Assembly: GCF_009914755.1 (NCBI RefSeq)
Contig: NC_060926.1
Strand: one strand, 5' to 3'
Origin: the human T2T-CHM13v2.0 reference genome, Homo sapiens
DNA length: 64,000 nt
Shown: piece by piece, positions 42,501 to 55,643 of the stretch
Layout: the number at the start of each line of letters is the position of its first letter
Numbering within the stretch: position 1 is the first letter of the stretch
The notes under the pieces: model-generated
What the model was told of the DNA's origin: nothing
What the model saw: only the letters and a program-made list of their open reading frames with translations
Database searches by the model: none
Made by a program: the position numbers and the translations under genes

Positions 42501-43440
42501 TCGACCAGGTGCCCACCATGTCCAGACCTCTTTTTTGCCTTACGTTTTCCTTTGGTAATCGCTGTTTTGTTAAGCGGCATCTACTAAGTAAAATTGGAGT
42601 TTTTTGCTTTGCTTTTTTGTTAAGTGCAATATTTATTTTCTACCTAAAAGAAATCCGGACTTTGTGATCTGAAGGCCCTTTTTTAAAGAAAAATCTTTGA
42701 TTTTCTCTATGCAATACGCTAGGTCTAAATTTTCAATTTCTTTTAAATATGGATGGAAAGTAGACATCTCTCTGAAGATAAGTGAGAAGTGTACCTGCAA
42801 ATATGGATTTCAGCCTAGTAATGAAGATATTTGTAATGATATATGAAGTAATTTTGGAGGGAGAGATTTTGAATAAAAATAATGACATCTAATTATTTAC
42901 ATTGACCTTGATATGTCTATACAATATAAAAGTAATTGGTAGCAAAAAAAAAAAAAATACTAAGTGTATTGTAGTTTAAAGTTCTTATCTTCCTTTACTG
43001 CTCATAATCTGTGTGATATAAACAACACTGTGAGACAGTTATTATAACTCCATTTTGCAGGTAAGTAAACTGAAACTCAAAGAGGTTGAATAACTGGCTT
43101 AAATTCATAGCGCTATTAAATGGCAGATTCAAGACATAAATCCAGGTTGGATTAACTCCAAACACTGTGCTTATTTGTAAATTATCTAGGATGGTGGCCG
43201 ACCAGAGTAGGCATCAATAAATATTAGCTTCTTTTCTCTGTAAAGTTCCTTTCACTTCTATAATGCTATGATTTGCATGGTTCTTTCATAAAGTGAGTGG
43301 AGTGGGATTATGATAATGATAGGTTCTATTTGCCAAAATGGATGTCACAGGGACTCTGAGAATGAGTTGGCTTCCAAGATTCTATTGGGAGTGGGATCTG
43401 AGCTTAATCTTCCTAAAACAGATTTGTAATTGAAAAACAT

Positions 43441-43746
43441 TTTTTTTTTAAATTTTCTTAGAGAAAGGGTCTTGCCCTGTCACTCAGGCTGGGGTGCAGT
43501 GGTGCAATCAGAGCTCACAGCAATCTTGAACTCCTGGGTTCAAGTGGTCCTCCTGCCTCAGCCTCCTAAGTAGCTAGGACTACAGGTGTGCACCACCACA
43601 TCCAGCTAATTTGTTATTTTTTTTTTTTTTTGGTAGAGGTCTCACTATGTTGCTCAGGCTGGTCTGGAACTCCTAGCTTCAAACAATACTTTTCCCTTGG
43701 TCTCCCAAAGTGCTGGGATTACAGGCATAAACAACCACCCCCAGCT
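43441..43746 (-). mobile_element. AluJ
   Basis: Diverged reverse Alu dimer. Confidence 0.88.
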
Positions 43747-44054
43747 TGTACTTTCTGTTTTGACCCACCAAGTTTTGCAAAATTATGTTTCAGGGACTAG
43801 AATAATTATATTGGACTTCTCTTTATCCTAGGGTGGATAACAAGAAAGAAGGGAGAGGGCATCCCATTATTCACACAATCCTGGGGGTACTCCATTTGTG
43901 ACTTCATATCCAGCCATGCACTATTTTCCACATAGTTTTCTCAGGAAGTGCTCTTAGTGTCCTTTTATTCTGGTCAAAAGTTTTAAATATCAGATATAAT
44001 GTTGTATTTATTACACTACCACATAGTACATGATTGCAACTCCATAAAAACTCC

Positions 44055-44135
44055 ATACACACAGACACACAGACACACACACACACACATACACAAAACT
44101 ACATATATACACACAGATACACACACAAACACATC
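44055..44135. repeat. Imperfect (CA)n/(TA)n repeat
   Basis: ACACACAGACACAC...ACACACAT. Confidence 0.8.
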
Positions 44136-44382
44136 CATATATAAATAAAACTGAGAAGAAAAACATAGAACAAATATATTTAATTTATTAGTAATGGGAT
44201 TATAGGTAGTATTTTAAATCAAAATTTTCTTTTTTTAACATTTAAAAGTGATTTATTTAAAGGAAACAATAACGAATTAGTGCATCACAACGCTTCAACT
44301 AGCCAGAATACACACAACACACAAAATGGAGCATCCCAGGCAATGGAAGGAAACATTTGTAATAATTTAAAATACCTCAAAA

Positions 44383-44532
44383 ACTCACGCCTGTAATCCC
44401 AGCTAGGAGGCTGAGGTAGGAGAATTGCTTGAACCTGGGAGACAGGGGTTACAGTGAGCCGAGATGGCACCACTGTACTCGAGTCTGAGTGATAGAGTGA
44501 AACTTCATCTCAAAATAAATAAATAAAAATAA
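44383..44532 (+). mobile_element. Truncated Alu (right arm)
   Basis: CACGCCTGTAATCCCAGCT...GAGATGGCACCACTGTACTC followed by (AAAT)n. Confidence 0.85.
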
Positions 44533-44564
44533 AATACTTAAAAAACCTATAATTTAAAAAAATA

Positions 44565-44941
44565 TATTTTTATTGATACCTGATCTTTGTACATATTTAT
44601 GGGGTACGTGTGATATTTTGTTACATGGATAGAATACATAACGATCAGGTCAGAATATTTATGGTATCACCTCAAGTATTTACCATTCCTTTGTGTTGGG
44701 AACATTTCAAGTCCTCTCTTCTAGCTATTCTGAAATATATAATACACTGTTGTTAAGTATAGTCACCCTATCCTGCTATAGAACATTAGAACTTATTCCT
44801 TCTCTGTAACTGTATGTGTCCATTAACCAACCCCTCTCACCACCTCCAATACCCTTTCCAGCCTCAGATAACTATCAAACTACATCTCCACCTTCATGAG
44901 ATTGACTTTTTTTTTTTTAACTCCCACATATGAGTGAGAAC
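44565..44941 (-). mobile_element. L1MA 3' end
   Basis: TACATATTTATGGGGTAC...GGGAACATTTCAAGTCCTC...CTCCCACATATGAGTGAGAAC. Confidence 0.85.
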
Positions 44942-46323
44942 AAAAAGCATACTAATTTATCTCTGCCAGGATAGACAAGAAATGTATACTCTGGCTTGTC
45001 TCTGGAGAAGGGCACAAGGTAGCTATGGAAAAGAAGTAGGAAGGAGGCCTTCCTCTGTATACCATTTTGGTACCTTTTGAATTAGAAATTAAAGTAGTGC
45101 ATTACCAACAAAAAGAAAGATAGAAAAAAATGTATACTCATCTTCCTTGCCTTAGTATGGGAAGTGGAATTAACATGATTCTTGAATTTTTGTTTCCTTA
45201 TCTTAAGAATTCTCCACCTCTATTTTATATGGATCTTTCGGAAAACACACGTATTTAAGTAAACAACTTCCCTACATATCATTCAATGAAGCTTAATACC
45301 ATATATATGACACTTTTTAAGATAACAGCTTAATCTGGGCATTGTGAAACATTCAAAAAGTATAAAATATGGAGAACCTATTTTTTAGGTGATGGAACAC
45401 ATAAAGAAGTATAAGTAATAGGGCAAACTCAAAGTTGTGCACATTAAATTATTACTGCAATGCCCAGCATAGACTCAAACACGCAATTCAACTAGACAAA
45501 GATCAGAGTGTGCTAGAGTATATAGATAGAGAAGATTTTGTGCAATGTTGTTGTTAGGTCATGCCAAGCTGCAGTAACACATTCATCCTAATATTTTAAT
45601 GATTAAAGAACAATGTATTTGCTTATCTCTCATATAGCAGTCCAGGGTAGGTTTGGGGTTAGTTGAGTGACCCTTTTCCATTATCAGAAAAGTATTCAAA
45701 CTGGGGATTTCTTTGTCTCTACCAATGTGTCCTCAGGGCATCTATCCCAGTCAGCCGAAGGGAAAAGAACACAGAGAAGTATGGGAATACTCTTGGGTGA
45801 GTCTACTCCTAAAAATGCACACACCCTTTCCTCTCACACTCCACTAGCTGTGGCTCAGCAACAAGGCCACACCATACTACATGAGATGCAGGGCTAGCCA
45901 CACAGTTGACCTTTCCATTGCAATAGAGAAGTAGAATGAATTTTGGTGGACAGCTGGGAGTTTCTATCCCAGATACGGAACATCAGTGATTTGGAGGAAT
46001 AAAGAAGATGACGAATGGCTTTGCTCAGGCAGGAAAAACAGTAAGTATAACAAGACTGTTAAACCTAGCCAGGACTCCATTTCTTTAGCTGATAAAGAAA
46101 ACTTATTCTAGATGTTTTCTAAAATTGTTTCTGGCTTTTAAATTTCTGTGCTTCTGAGAGCTAACATTCTGTGGGTATTGTGTTCAGCTGAAGCAAGGTG
46201 CTCATGTTTGAAATGGTGCAAGATAACTCTTATGATGTGGGTAGAGTGGGTCTTGAATAATCAGTGTATTGTACTGGAGATTTTTTTAAAAATCAAGCAA
46301 CAGATATTGATCAAGTACCTACT

Positions 46324-46780
46324 TGCGATGGTTAATTTTAAGTGTCAACTTAACTGGGTGAAAGGATACCCATATAGCTGGAAAAACATTACTTCTAAGG
46401 GTGTGAGGGTGTTTCTGGAAGAGATGAGCATTTAAATCAGTGGACTGAGTAAAGGAGACCCACCCTCAGCAGTATGGGTAGGCACCATCCTATCTAGTGA
46501 GGGCCTGGATAGAACACAAAGGTGAAGGAACAGCGAGTTTGCTCTCATTCTCTTGCTGAGCTGGGACGTCCATATTCTCCTGCCCTTGGACATTGGTACT
46601 CCTAGTCTTGGGCCTTTGACCTTGAACCATGATTCTCCGGCTTGCAGAGGGTATATGATTGAACTTCTTAGCCTCCATAATTGTGTGGGCCAATTCTCTC
46701 CATGTATGAGGATAATACATCTTCTCATACAATTTTCTACATGTCATATTCGTTCCATTTCTCTGGAGAATGCTAATATA
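46324..46780 (+). mobile_element. MLT2 (ERVL LTR)
   Basis: TGCGATGGTTAATTTTAAGTGTCAACTT...CTCTGGAGAATGCTAATATA. Confidence 0.85.
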
Positions 46781-46854
46781 CTATACACTTTACCAGGTGC
46801 TGTGGAGGACACAAAAGAGTTAACTCATTATTTTAGATAATAGATTAAGTACTA

Positions 46855-47210
46855 CAGATGCACCTCAATACACGGGGTTACATCCTGATAAACCCATTGT
46901 ACGTTGAAAATCCTAAATTAAAAATGCATTTAATACACCTAATCTACCGATCATCATAGGTCAGCCTAGCCTACCTTTAATGTGCTCAGACACATCAGCC
47001 TATAACTGGGTAAAATAATCTAACTCAAAGCCTATTTTATAATAATGTGGTGAATATTTCATGTCATTTATTGAATACTTCACTGAAAGTGAAAAACAGA
47101 ATGGTTGTACGAGTACTCAAAATGCTGTTTCTACTGAATGCGTATGGCTGTTGCAACACCGTAAAGTCGAAAAATTGTAAGTTGAACCATTGTATATCAG
47201 GGACTGTCTG
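46855..47210 (+). mobile_element. MER47A-like Tigger MITE
   Basis: CAGATG..GGGTTACATCCTGATAAACCCATTGT...GGGACTGTCTG; TA TSD on both sides. Confidence 0.8.
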
Positions 47211-48468
47211 TATTTATGGGACAGCTGAGTTGAATGTAGAGAAGGGAAGTTTTAAAATGAAGCAGAATGGGTTGTGTTCCCAGGATTCCAGACCTCAGAA
47301 TATGGGGTAGGAGATTGGGGTGAAGATGAAATGATCTTTGAGTATCATCTACAAGACTTTCCTGAAGGAAAAATAATCTCTAATATGAACTTGTTATCCT
47401 GATTTGTCTCTTGCAATTGGCAATATTAAATTGTCATTCATTAAGAGTTCTGATTAATCAACATTGAGTTAACTTTAGTTTCCCCGCAAGTAAGAATGCA
47501 TGACTCCATCCTCTACATTTTACAGGCCAGTTAATTAATTTAAAATTCTTTATGAGGTGAAATCAAACCTTTAGGCAATCAAGATATTCCCCAAAACATA
47601 CCAATTCCTATGAAAATATATTCTCAGGTGCCATAATCACCTGAAAACTGCCCAATGTAGTGTTCTACTGCTGTTAATTCTTAGCCAGTCATATTGCTAA
47701 TGTATTCCAGGACTCCTATCTTTGGATATAAGGATTTAACCTGACTTACTTTGGATTTATCCTGACTTACTTTTCTGTAGTTGCAGTTTTTAAAAAATTT
47801 GTGATCATAGATAAATTATTATCCTAAATATTTTAGGGGGAGGTTATTTTCACCGTTTTCAGGTTCAGTTTTGGCTACTGGGTCCTGTCTTGTTATAAAC
47901 TCATTGCAATTATTTTTGTTGTCTTGAATACCTGCTTCAATTTACCTTTCTTATGTAACGCAAGAGCTGGGACTAGGAGTCAGGAGAAATGCATTTCAGT
48001 TGGGTTTGCCATTTACTAGTGGGCACATCATTACCCTCATGGGGACTTGGGTTTTCCTGTCTGTCAAAAAAGAGGATTAAGAAGGTAGTGTAGGCTGCAC
48101 TCTCTTTGAAATATTACTCTTCTATATGTTAATATGTCTATACGTTTAAAAGTTCTGTTGCTTTAGTTTTTAAACAGTTTGTGACTGAGTGCAAAATTAG
48201 CTTCCATGAATATCCTTTTCCTCAATAGCAGTACTAAAGGGCAAAAAATAGTTTTGTAGAAATGTGTGTATTTGCATGCTTAAGTGGGCTCTGATTTATA
48301 TTGTGCCAAGTACCATTACTGACAATTAGGTATGCTTTGAAATGAAATTATGACTTAGAAATATATGTGGCATATATTCTACTCCAACTTACAAACGAGC
48401 TTATGGGAAACTTTTAAAAATTCCACAAACGCTGCTAACATCTAAGAACTGTATAAATCAATTTACAG

Positions 48469-48493
48469 TTTTTTTTTTTTTTTTTTTTTTTTT
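48469..48493. repeat. T25 homopolymer (A25 on the NXPH2 sense strand)
   Basis: Read directly from the sequence. Confidence 0.95.
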
Positions 48494-48824
48494 GCATAGA
48501 AATAATGTTCACATCTCTCAACTTTGGAACATCAGATAGTTTTAAACCTCATTACTTCACGTCAAAACAATAATAATCATAATGGCAGCTCACAAGTAGA
48601 GTTCTTTCTTACTAGATGCCATGCTATGTACAAAATGTTTTATGTGAGTTATTCTTTTGCCCTACTTTAAAATCTCCACAGCCAAGATGCCTATTTAACA
48701 TGTATCTAAGGGAAACCTTCTTGTTCAATTGGTATCACACACACACACATGCACAGAATAAGACCTTGTGAGGAAAAGAAACAAGGAGAACAGAGTCTTT
48801 AAAAAATAACCACCCAGGATTAAT

Positions 48825-50584
48825 GTGACAGATCTAGCAAATTCTTTTTATTTACATAAAATGTGTACACATACTTTCTCTGTACACAGAAAATTCTAAG
48901 TATATATATATAGATATATGATTCCCACATATTTTACAATAAATAATATTTTACTCTTGTTTCTAGGTGAAAATAAAAAGATGTTTCAAAATATTAATCA
49001 CCAACCACAAAATTACAAAAACATGTGGTGAACTCAGAGCAAGAACTTCAAGCCTGTACTACCACACACTAAGCTTAGTACAATTTTTACAAAAGACAAA
49101 AATTGAACACTGCAGATATTACCGGTAAAAGGAAAGAAATGAAGATAGAGAACAGAGCTCTTGGTTTTTTGAACAGTGTGGTAAGAGTATTTCTTGTTGT
49201 TTAGGACTTCTCTTCCTTTAGTCCTCAATTTAATGTTTTACTTTAATTAATATTTTACAGATAAGAAGGGAGAAAGAAGTTAACATCTATTGTAAAAGGA
49301 GTGACCATTCCATGAGCGTCCTGAGTTCTAGAAGCCTTTTTCTTGGCCAACCAGACCCCTGTTTCTGTTCTAATTTAATGATCATTCAGTTCTACCATAT
49401 AGGACTGCTATTCACCCCCACAGGGAAGATGAGAAGGGCACTGACTGTGAAGTGACATTAATTTGAAAGTCATTTCAAAAGTCTGGTAAGCCAGGTATCT
49501 TGGTTGTCAGCACTTAATAATTAGAAATGTTTAAATATAACTCTCTATTTCCACATAGAGTTTGATCTCTTATTCAAATATTAACTAAATGCAAGGGGAA
49601 CTTAATCTGGGAGGCTAGAAATAATGAATCCATAATCCTGAAATTTCCTCCCTCTACTTCCCACTTTTGTTTTCTATTCTAGTCTAGGAAACAAGCACTT
49701 TCACTCAACTTCAGAGCTGTTCTACACATGTGTAAAGAATCACACTATCGAATGAATTGAACAAAGCTCTAAGCTATAGGATGCATACAAATTTTGTCAT
49801 TTTTTGATTAATTCCACAGCATTTGAATTTATCAGAAGAGTCTAAAAACATCATGATTTTTGTTATCGTTCAACAAACTTATTCTCAGATTTGCTTTCCC
49901 ATTACATCAGTATTCAAACTCAGGGGGAATCATAAGAATGGTGACCAACACAGGGCTAAGTGCTCAAATCACATTCCACGCAACTGTAGCTCAGATGATA
50001 AGGAACTTGGTTCCACTGTGGCACTGTAACTTCACACATGAATTTTGAAACAAATTTTACCTTTTTTTCTCTCATATCAATAACAGCACAGATGGATGGG
50101 GGAAAAGATAGAAATATAAAAAAAAGGGTCCAATGTCAAAAACACAATTCATCTATCAAATACAATCTTTTCCTTTACCGCATCTGCTATTTCTGCGGTA
50201 ACCTTCCAAAACATATTTCAAAGGCAGGCTCATTTCAAGAGCAATGTTTGTCACATGCATAATTTTGTTCCTTCTTGTCACATATTGCTATCATTGATGT
50301 TTCTTTCAGAGAAACAATAAGATTTCTAGAACTTAGTCATCTTGCATGAAAGTGATGGTTTCATAAACAGTTTAACTTTTTAGATAAAGGTACCTACGAT
50401 AGAAAGAAACAAATTTCACACTTAAAGATGTCTCTTTTTCTTTTTTTAAATTTGAAAACCTGATAGGGAACTATTGTTCACTGCCAGAAACAAAAGGGAT
50501 CCTTTATCATAAAGAGCTGGGCTTGTTTCTTTGTCATTCTAATCAAATACATATGTATCCCTCATTTCCACCACAGCAGGAAGA
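48825..50584 (-). other. NXPH2: NXPH2 3'UTR (~1.75 kb)
   Basis: AT-rich stretch with no recognisable repeats between the stop codon (50585-50587) and the poly(A) signal; the 3' end is approximate. Confidence 0.75.
48847..48852 (-). terminator. NXPH2: NXPH2 polyadenylation signal AATAAA (cleavage expected ~48820-48835)
   Basis: Minus strand ...TGTGTACACATTTTATGTAAATAAAAAGAATTTG: hexamer with several upstream UGUA motifs and U/GU-rich sequence downstream. Confidence 0.75.
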
Positions 50585-51369
<785 letters not shown>

Positions 51370-53039
51370 CCGTGACTGCGCACTCAAACTGAAGTCAAAG
51401 CGCAAGGGAAATTATTTCAACATTGTTTAGATTCTTGTTCGACAGCATTTCACACACACAGCCGGGCTCAACAGTGTAACAAGATAAGCATTTAATTCAA
51501 GCAATGGAAAACTGCGAGTATGAAAATTAAAAATGGTGAGGTTAAGAACAAAGTATTTCATTTTAATGGGTTGATGTGATTTTAGTCTCTGTTTCCTGAT
51601 CTTCACAATTCTATTTTTCCAGATTGGGGGAAGTAGTATATTTTGACTTCTCATTTGATATAATCATTAAATTGTCAACTCTTTTCTTTCAGGTGGAAGA
51701 CAAAAATAGAGTGCTGAAGTATCTACAAAGGAGCTAAAAACTGTCAATGATATTGATAAGTCTTAAGTATATTTGGAAATATTAAGGGGATTATTACATT
51801 CAAAGGCTTATAACATGTAATTTCATAGCTCTTTATATAATTCCATCTCAAACTCTGTAACAAAAAAGCATGTGATGAGGATTAGAAAGTTCTACAAAAA
51901 GTTTTAGTTGAAAAAATAGAAGTAAAAATTTAGTTGCCTTTATAAAAACAGAAAGTAATGTAGAGAGGTATATTTTGAATTAATAGGTTATATATGAGTT
52001 AATAAATTTTATTACAACTGAATTATATCCTAAAATAATTGCTAAGAAACTGTCATGTGCATTGTTTTATGGGTTCCTCAGTATTTTGGTTCAAATCATA
52101 GCCACCGAAACGTAAGACTTTATTTGCATTTGATTTTTCTTTTTATTCTTTGTATAGTGTAAGAGTCCCCATGTTTACTAAAAATAATTTAGTTAAGTAG
52201 ATATGGATTTTGAGGGACAGGATCACTGTATATGATGCTGTTGCATGGAGTGAATATTTATGGATGATTTATAAAAAGTCTGGAAAATAGAGGTTTCTAG
52301 TGGAAACACAGCCTCTTATCTCTAATGGCACAAACCACTCTTGTAATGATTCTACAGAAAACTGTCAGCACGATGAAATGGATGAGGAAAGAAGTGAGGC
52401 TGTGTTTATGTACTTTCTCTAGCCCTTTCAAACTTGGCAAAACACTTGGTAAAAATGGTTTCAGATTATTCCCAAAATTATTGCTTTCAATCCAATTTTG
52501 AAAATAAATGAGAGACGTAGCCTGGATTATAAATACTGCATTTGACTAGACGGTATAGTTTGATAACACGAGGTTATCTATTGTATGTTCATAAAAGTTT
52601 AGAAGCTTAAATCCTAACAGGGCTTTGTGAAAAGTGTTTCCACCTATGTCTAGTCCCCAAATCACTTTAAGAATTCAAGGACTCAAAATGTATAGATAGG
52701 TTTCTTTAAAATTATTTTTTGCTTTGGTAAGGATGGGAAGGTGCTACAACATATACTTCTCTCTTTGGTTAATTTCTTGGAAGATTTTCTTCCGCATTCC
52801 TGGAGTTTTAAAAAATTCAGAACAAATTGGTATGATGCATATTCTTACATTTTGAGAACCTAAATCCATATGGCCTCTTCTTAGGGGCTTATACACCCTG
52901 AATTGATACTCCTTTCTCTCTCCTGGTGTTGAAAGGCTGGCAGATTCCCCAGGGAAAGAGGGATCATTACTCTGGATTTCTGGCTCAAAGTATTTCTGAT
53001 ACTGTAACTACAGCTTTCTGATTTTGCACACTTTTTTCT

Positions 53040-53640
53040 CTCTTATTGGTATATAATATTTTACATATTTATGGGGGTACACGTGAGTATTTGATACATG
53101 CATAAAATGTGTAATGATTAAGTCAGAGTATTTAGGGTATACATCATCTCGAATATTTATCACTACTATGTATTGGGAACATTTCAAGTCCTCCCTTCAA
53201 ACTACTTTAAAATATACAACACGTTGTTGCTAACTATAGTATAGTCACCCTACAATGCTTTTGAACATCAGAACTTGTTTTATTTTATTTAAAAAAATGG
53301 GATTAATTTTTTTTTTTTTTTGGTAGAGATGGGGTCTCAGTTTGATGCCCAGGTGGTCTCAAGCTGCTGGCCTCAAGTGATCCTCCTGCCTCATCCTCCC
53401 TAAGTGTTGGGATTACAGGTATGAGTCACCATGCCTGGACTAGAACTTATTTCTTCCATCTAACTGTGTTTGTACTCATCCATCAATCTCTCTTCATTTC
53501 CCCCACCCCACCCTCAAATGCTTCCCAACCTTTGGTACTATCAAAATTCTCTATTTCTATGAGATCAAGTTTTTTAGCTCTTACATATGGGTGAGAATAT
53601 GTGTCTGTCTTATTTCACTTAACATAATGACTTCCAGTTC
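53040..53640 (-). mobile_element. L1MA 3' end with FLAM insertion (53307-53440)
   Basis: TACATATTTATGGGGGTAC...GGGAACATTTCAAGTCCTC...CATATGGGTGAGAATATG. Confidence 0.85.
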
Positions 53641-53650
53641 CTTGAATACT

Positions 53651-54247
53651 ATTTATTTATTTTTAGAGACAGGATATCACTCTGTCACCCAGGCTGGAGG
53701 CATAATCATAGCTCACTGCAACCTCAAACTCCTGGGCTCAAGTGATTCTCCCTCCTCAGCCTCCAGAATAGCTAGGAATACAGGTGCACACTACCATGCC
53801 TGGCTAATTTTCTTTTTTTTCTTTTTCTTTTTTTTTAATACAGTCTTGTTCTATCACCCAGGCTGGAGTGGAGTGGTGCAATCTCAGCTTACTACAATCT
53901 CCACCTCCAGGGTTTAAGAAATTCTTGCACATCAGCCTCCCGAGTAGCTGTGATTACAGGCATGCGCCACCATGCCTGACTAGTTTTTGTGTTTTTAGTG
54001 GAGACAGGGTCTCACCATGTTGGCCAGGCTGGTCTCAAACTCCTGGCCTCAAGTGATCTGCCTGCCTTGGCCTCCCAAAATGTCAGGATTACAGGTGTGA
54101 GCCACTGCTCGGCTTAATTTTTTATTTTTATACAGATGAGGTCTTGTTATGTTGCCCAGGCTGGTCTTGAACTCCAGCCTCAAGTGATCCTCCTACCTTG
54201 GCCTCTCAAAGTGTTGGGATTACAGGAGCGAACCATCATGTCCAGTC
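53651..54247 (-). mobile_element. AluJ with a full AluS nested in its central A-rich linker (inner ~53808-54114)
   Basis: Order on + strand: J right arm, complete S dimer, J left arm; outer TSD CCTTGAATACT (53640-53650, 54248-54258). Confidence 0.88.
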
Positions 54248-55604
54248 CCTTGAATACTCTTACTCATGATGTGTGCAAACTTCATTCCAATCATTTGGTA
54301 ATAGCCCATGGAGCTCAACACCCAGACTCTGCTTCTGACTTGAGTTTCCTGAGAATGGAGACAGCCTGGTCCAAGTGACCTGTCCCAGCATCTCTCCAGA
54401 AAGAGGGCCAAGGATGCATGGGCAGATAAGAAGCTCTTGCTAATCAAGGTCCAATTTCTTTTCTGTGATCATGATTCTTGCTGCCCATAGTCTACTACCT
54501 ATTTTTCACCTGTTTCCAGTATTTAATGAGATTCACCCTGCTTGGTAAATGCTTGCAGACACACCTACCATTTGCGGAACATCTGGTTTACAAGAAGTGC
54601 TCCCTTACTTCCCAATCTCTATTCCCTGATTTGGTACAGCTTCTGAACTTCTTCCCTCACTCCCACCTTCCTTCTCCTGTTTCATGGGATAGAGCCCTTC
54701 TGACATTTTCCCTTTTAAGCTTGCTTTTAAAAATATGTCTTGATTCTTACCTTTATATATCATAATATCAATTGCTTTATTACAAATACCATGACACTTT
54801 ATCAGCAGAACTAAAATACATTTTTCATTCAAAAGTATTTTTTCAACCACAAGTATAAAAATATTCTTTTATCAGCAGCAATATGCCCTCTTTTTCTTTA
54901 AAGTGCTTGTTTAATGTTATATGTTTCCCTAAATTTTTTTCTGCCTGGTTCATTTTTCTTGTTTTAGTGCTTTGCCCAATTTTCTCCTCACTTTCACATT
55001 ACTGATAAACTCATAAAAATTGAGCCCATCATTCAACAATCAGTAAGTTTTGCAATCATGTAGTCTTAGCTGATCTTGGTGCACTTTCAAATACATGATA
55101 GACACTGATACCTTAAGAGATCCTTCTCTTATCACTAGTACTTCCATTGTGATGGTTCTGAGATTACTCAATAATAATAATAATAGTAATAATAATAGCA
55201 ATAGGACATTACTGAGATATTTTCAAAGATCTGAAAACTTTCCTGATAGCAGTTTATGTTGTAAGAGAACATGAACCAAATATATGTGACTCTCTTTAAA
55301 AAAATGAAAGCAGAAAACATTCTAAGCTTTCAAACAGATAAATTGAGTGTCATTATTTGCTTTTACAAAAGTTGTTTTATTCTTTGGAAAAGGTTCCCTA
55401 TATGAGAATTTGAAATGAAATTAGATTTCTAAAAAAAAATCATTCTAACACACTACTCTTGAGGTCCAAACCTGCTCAAAGAGCCCTTGATTTTAAGATT
55501 AGTCAATGTAATAAAAAATAATAAAATTTAGCTAATAGCAAAGATATATAATGTTTCTCTCTTCCAGTGACAGCATTCACTGGCAGTACCTTAGGTAAAA
55601 AGTA

Positions 55605-55643
55605 CATATATATACATATGTGTGTGTGTGTGTGTGTGTGTGT
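55605..55643. repeat. (TA)n(TG)12 microsatellite
   Basis: Read directly from the sequence. Confidence 0.92.
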
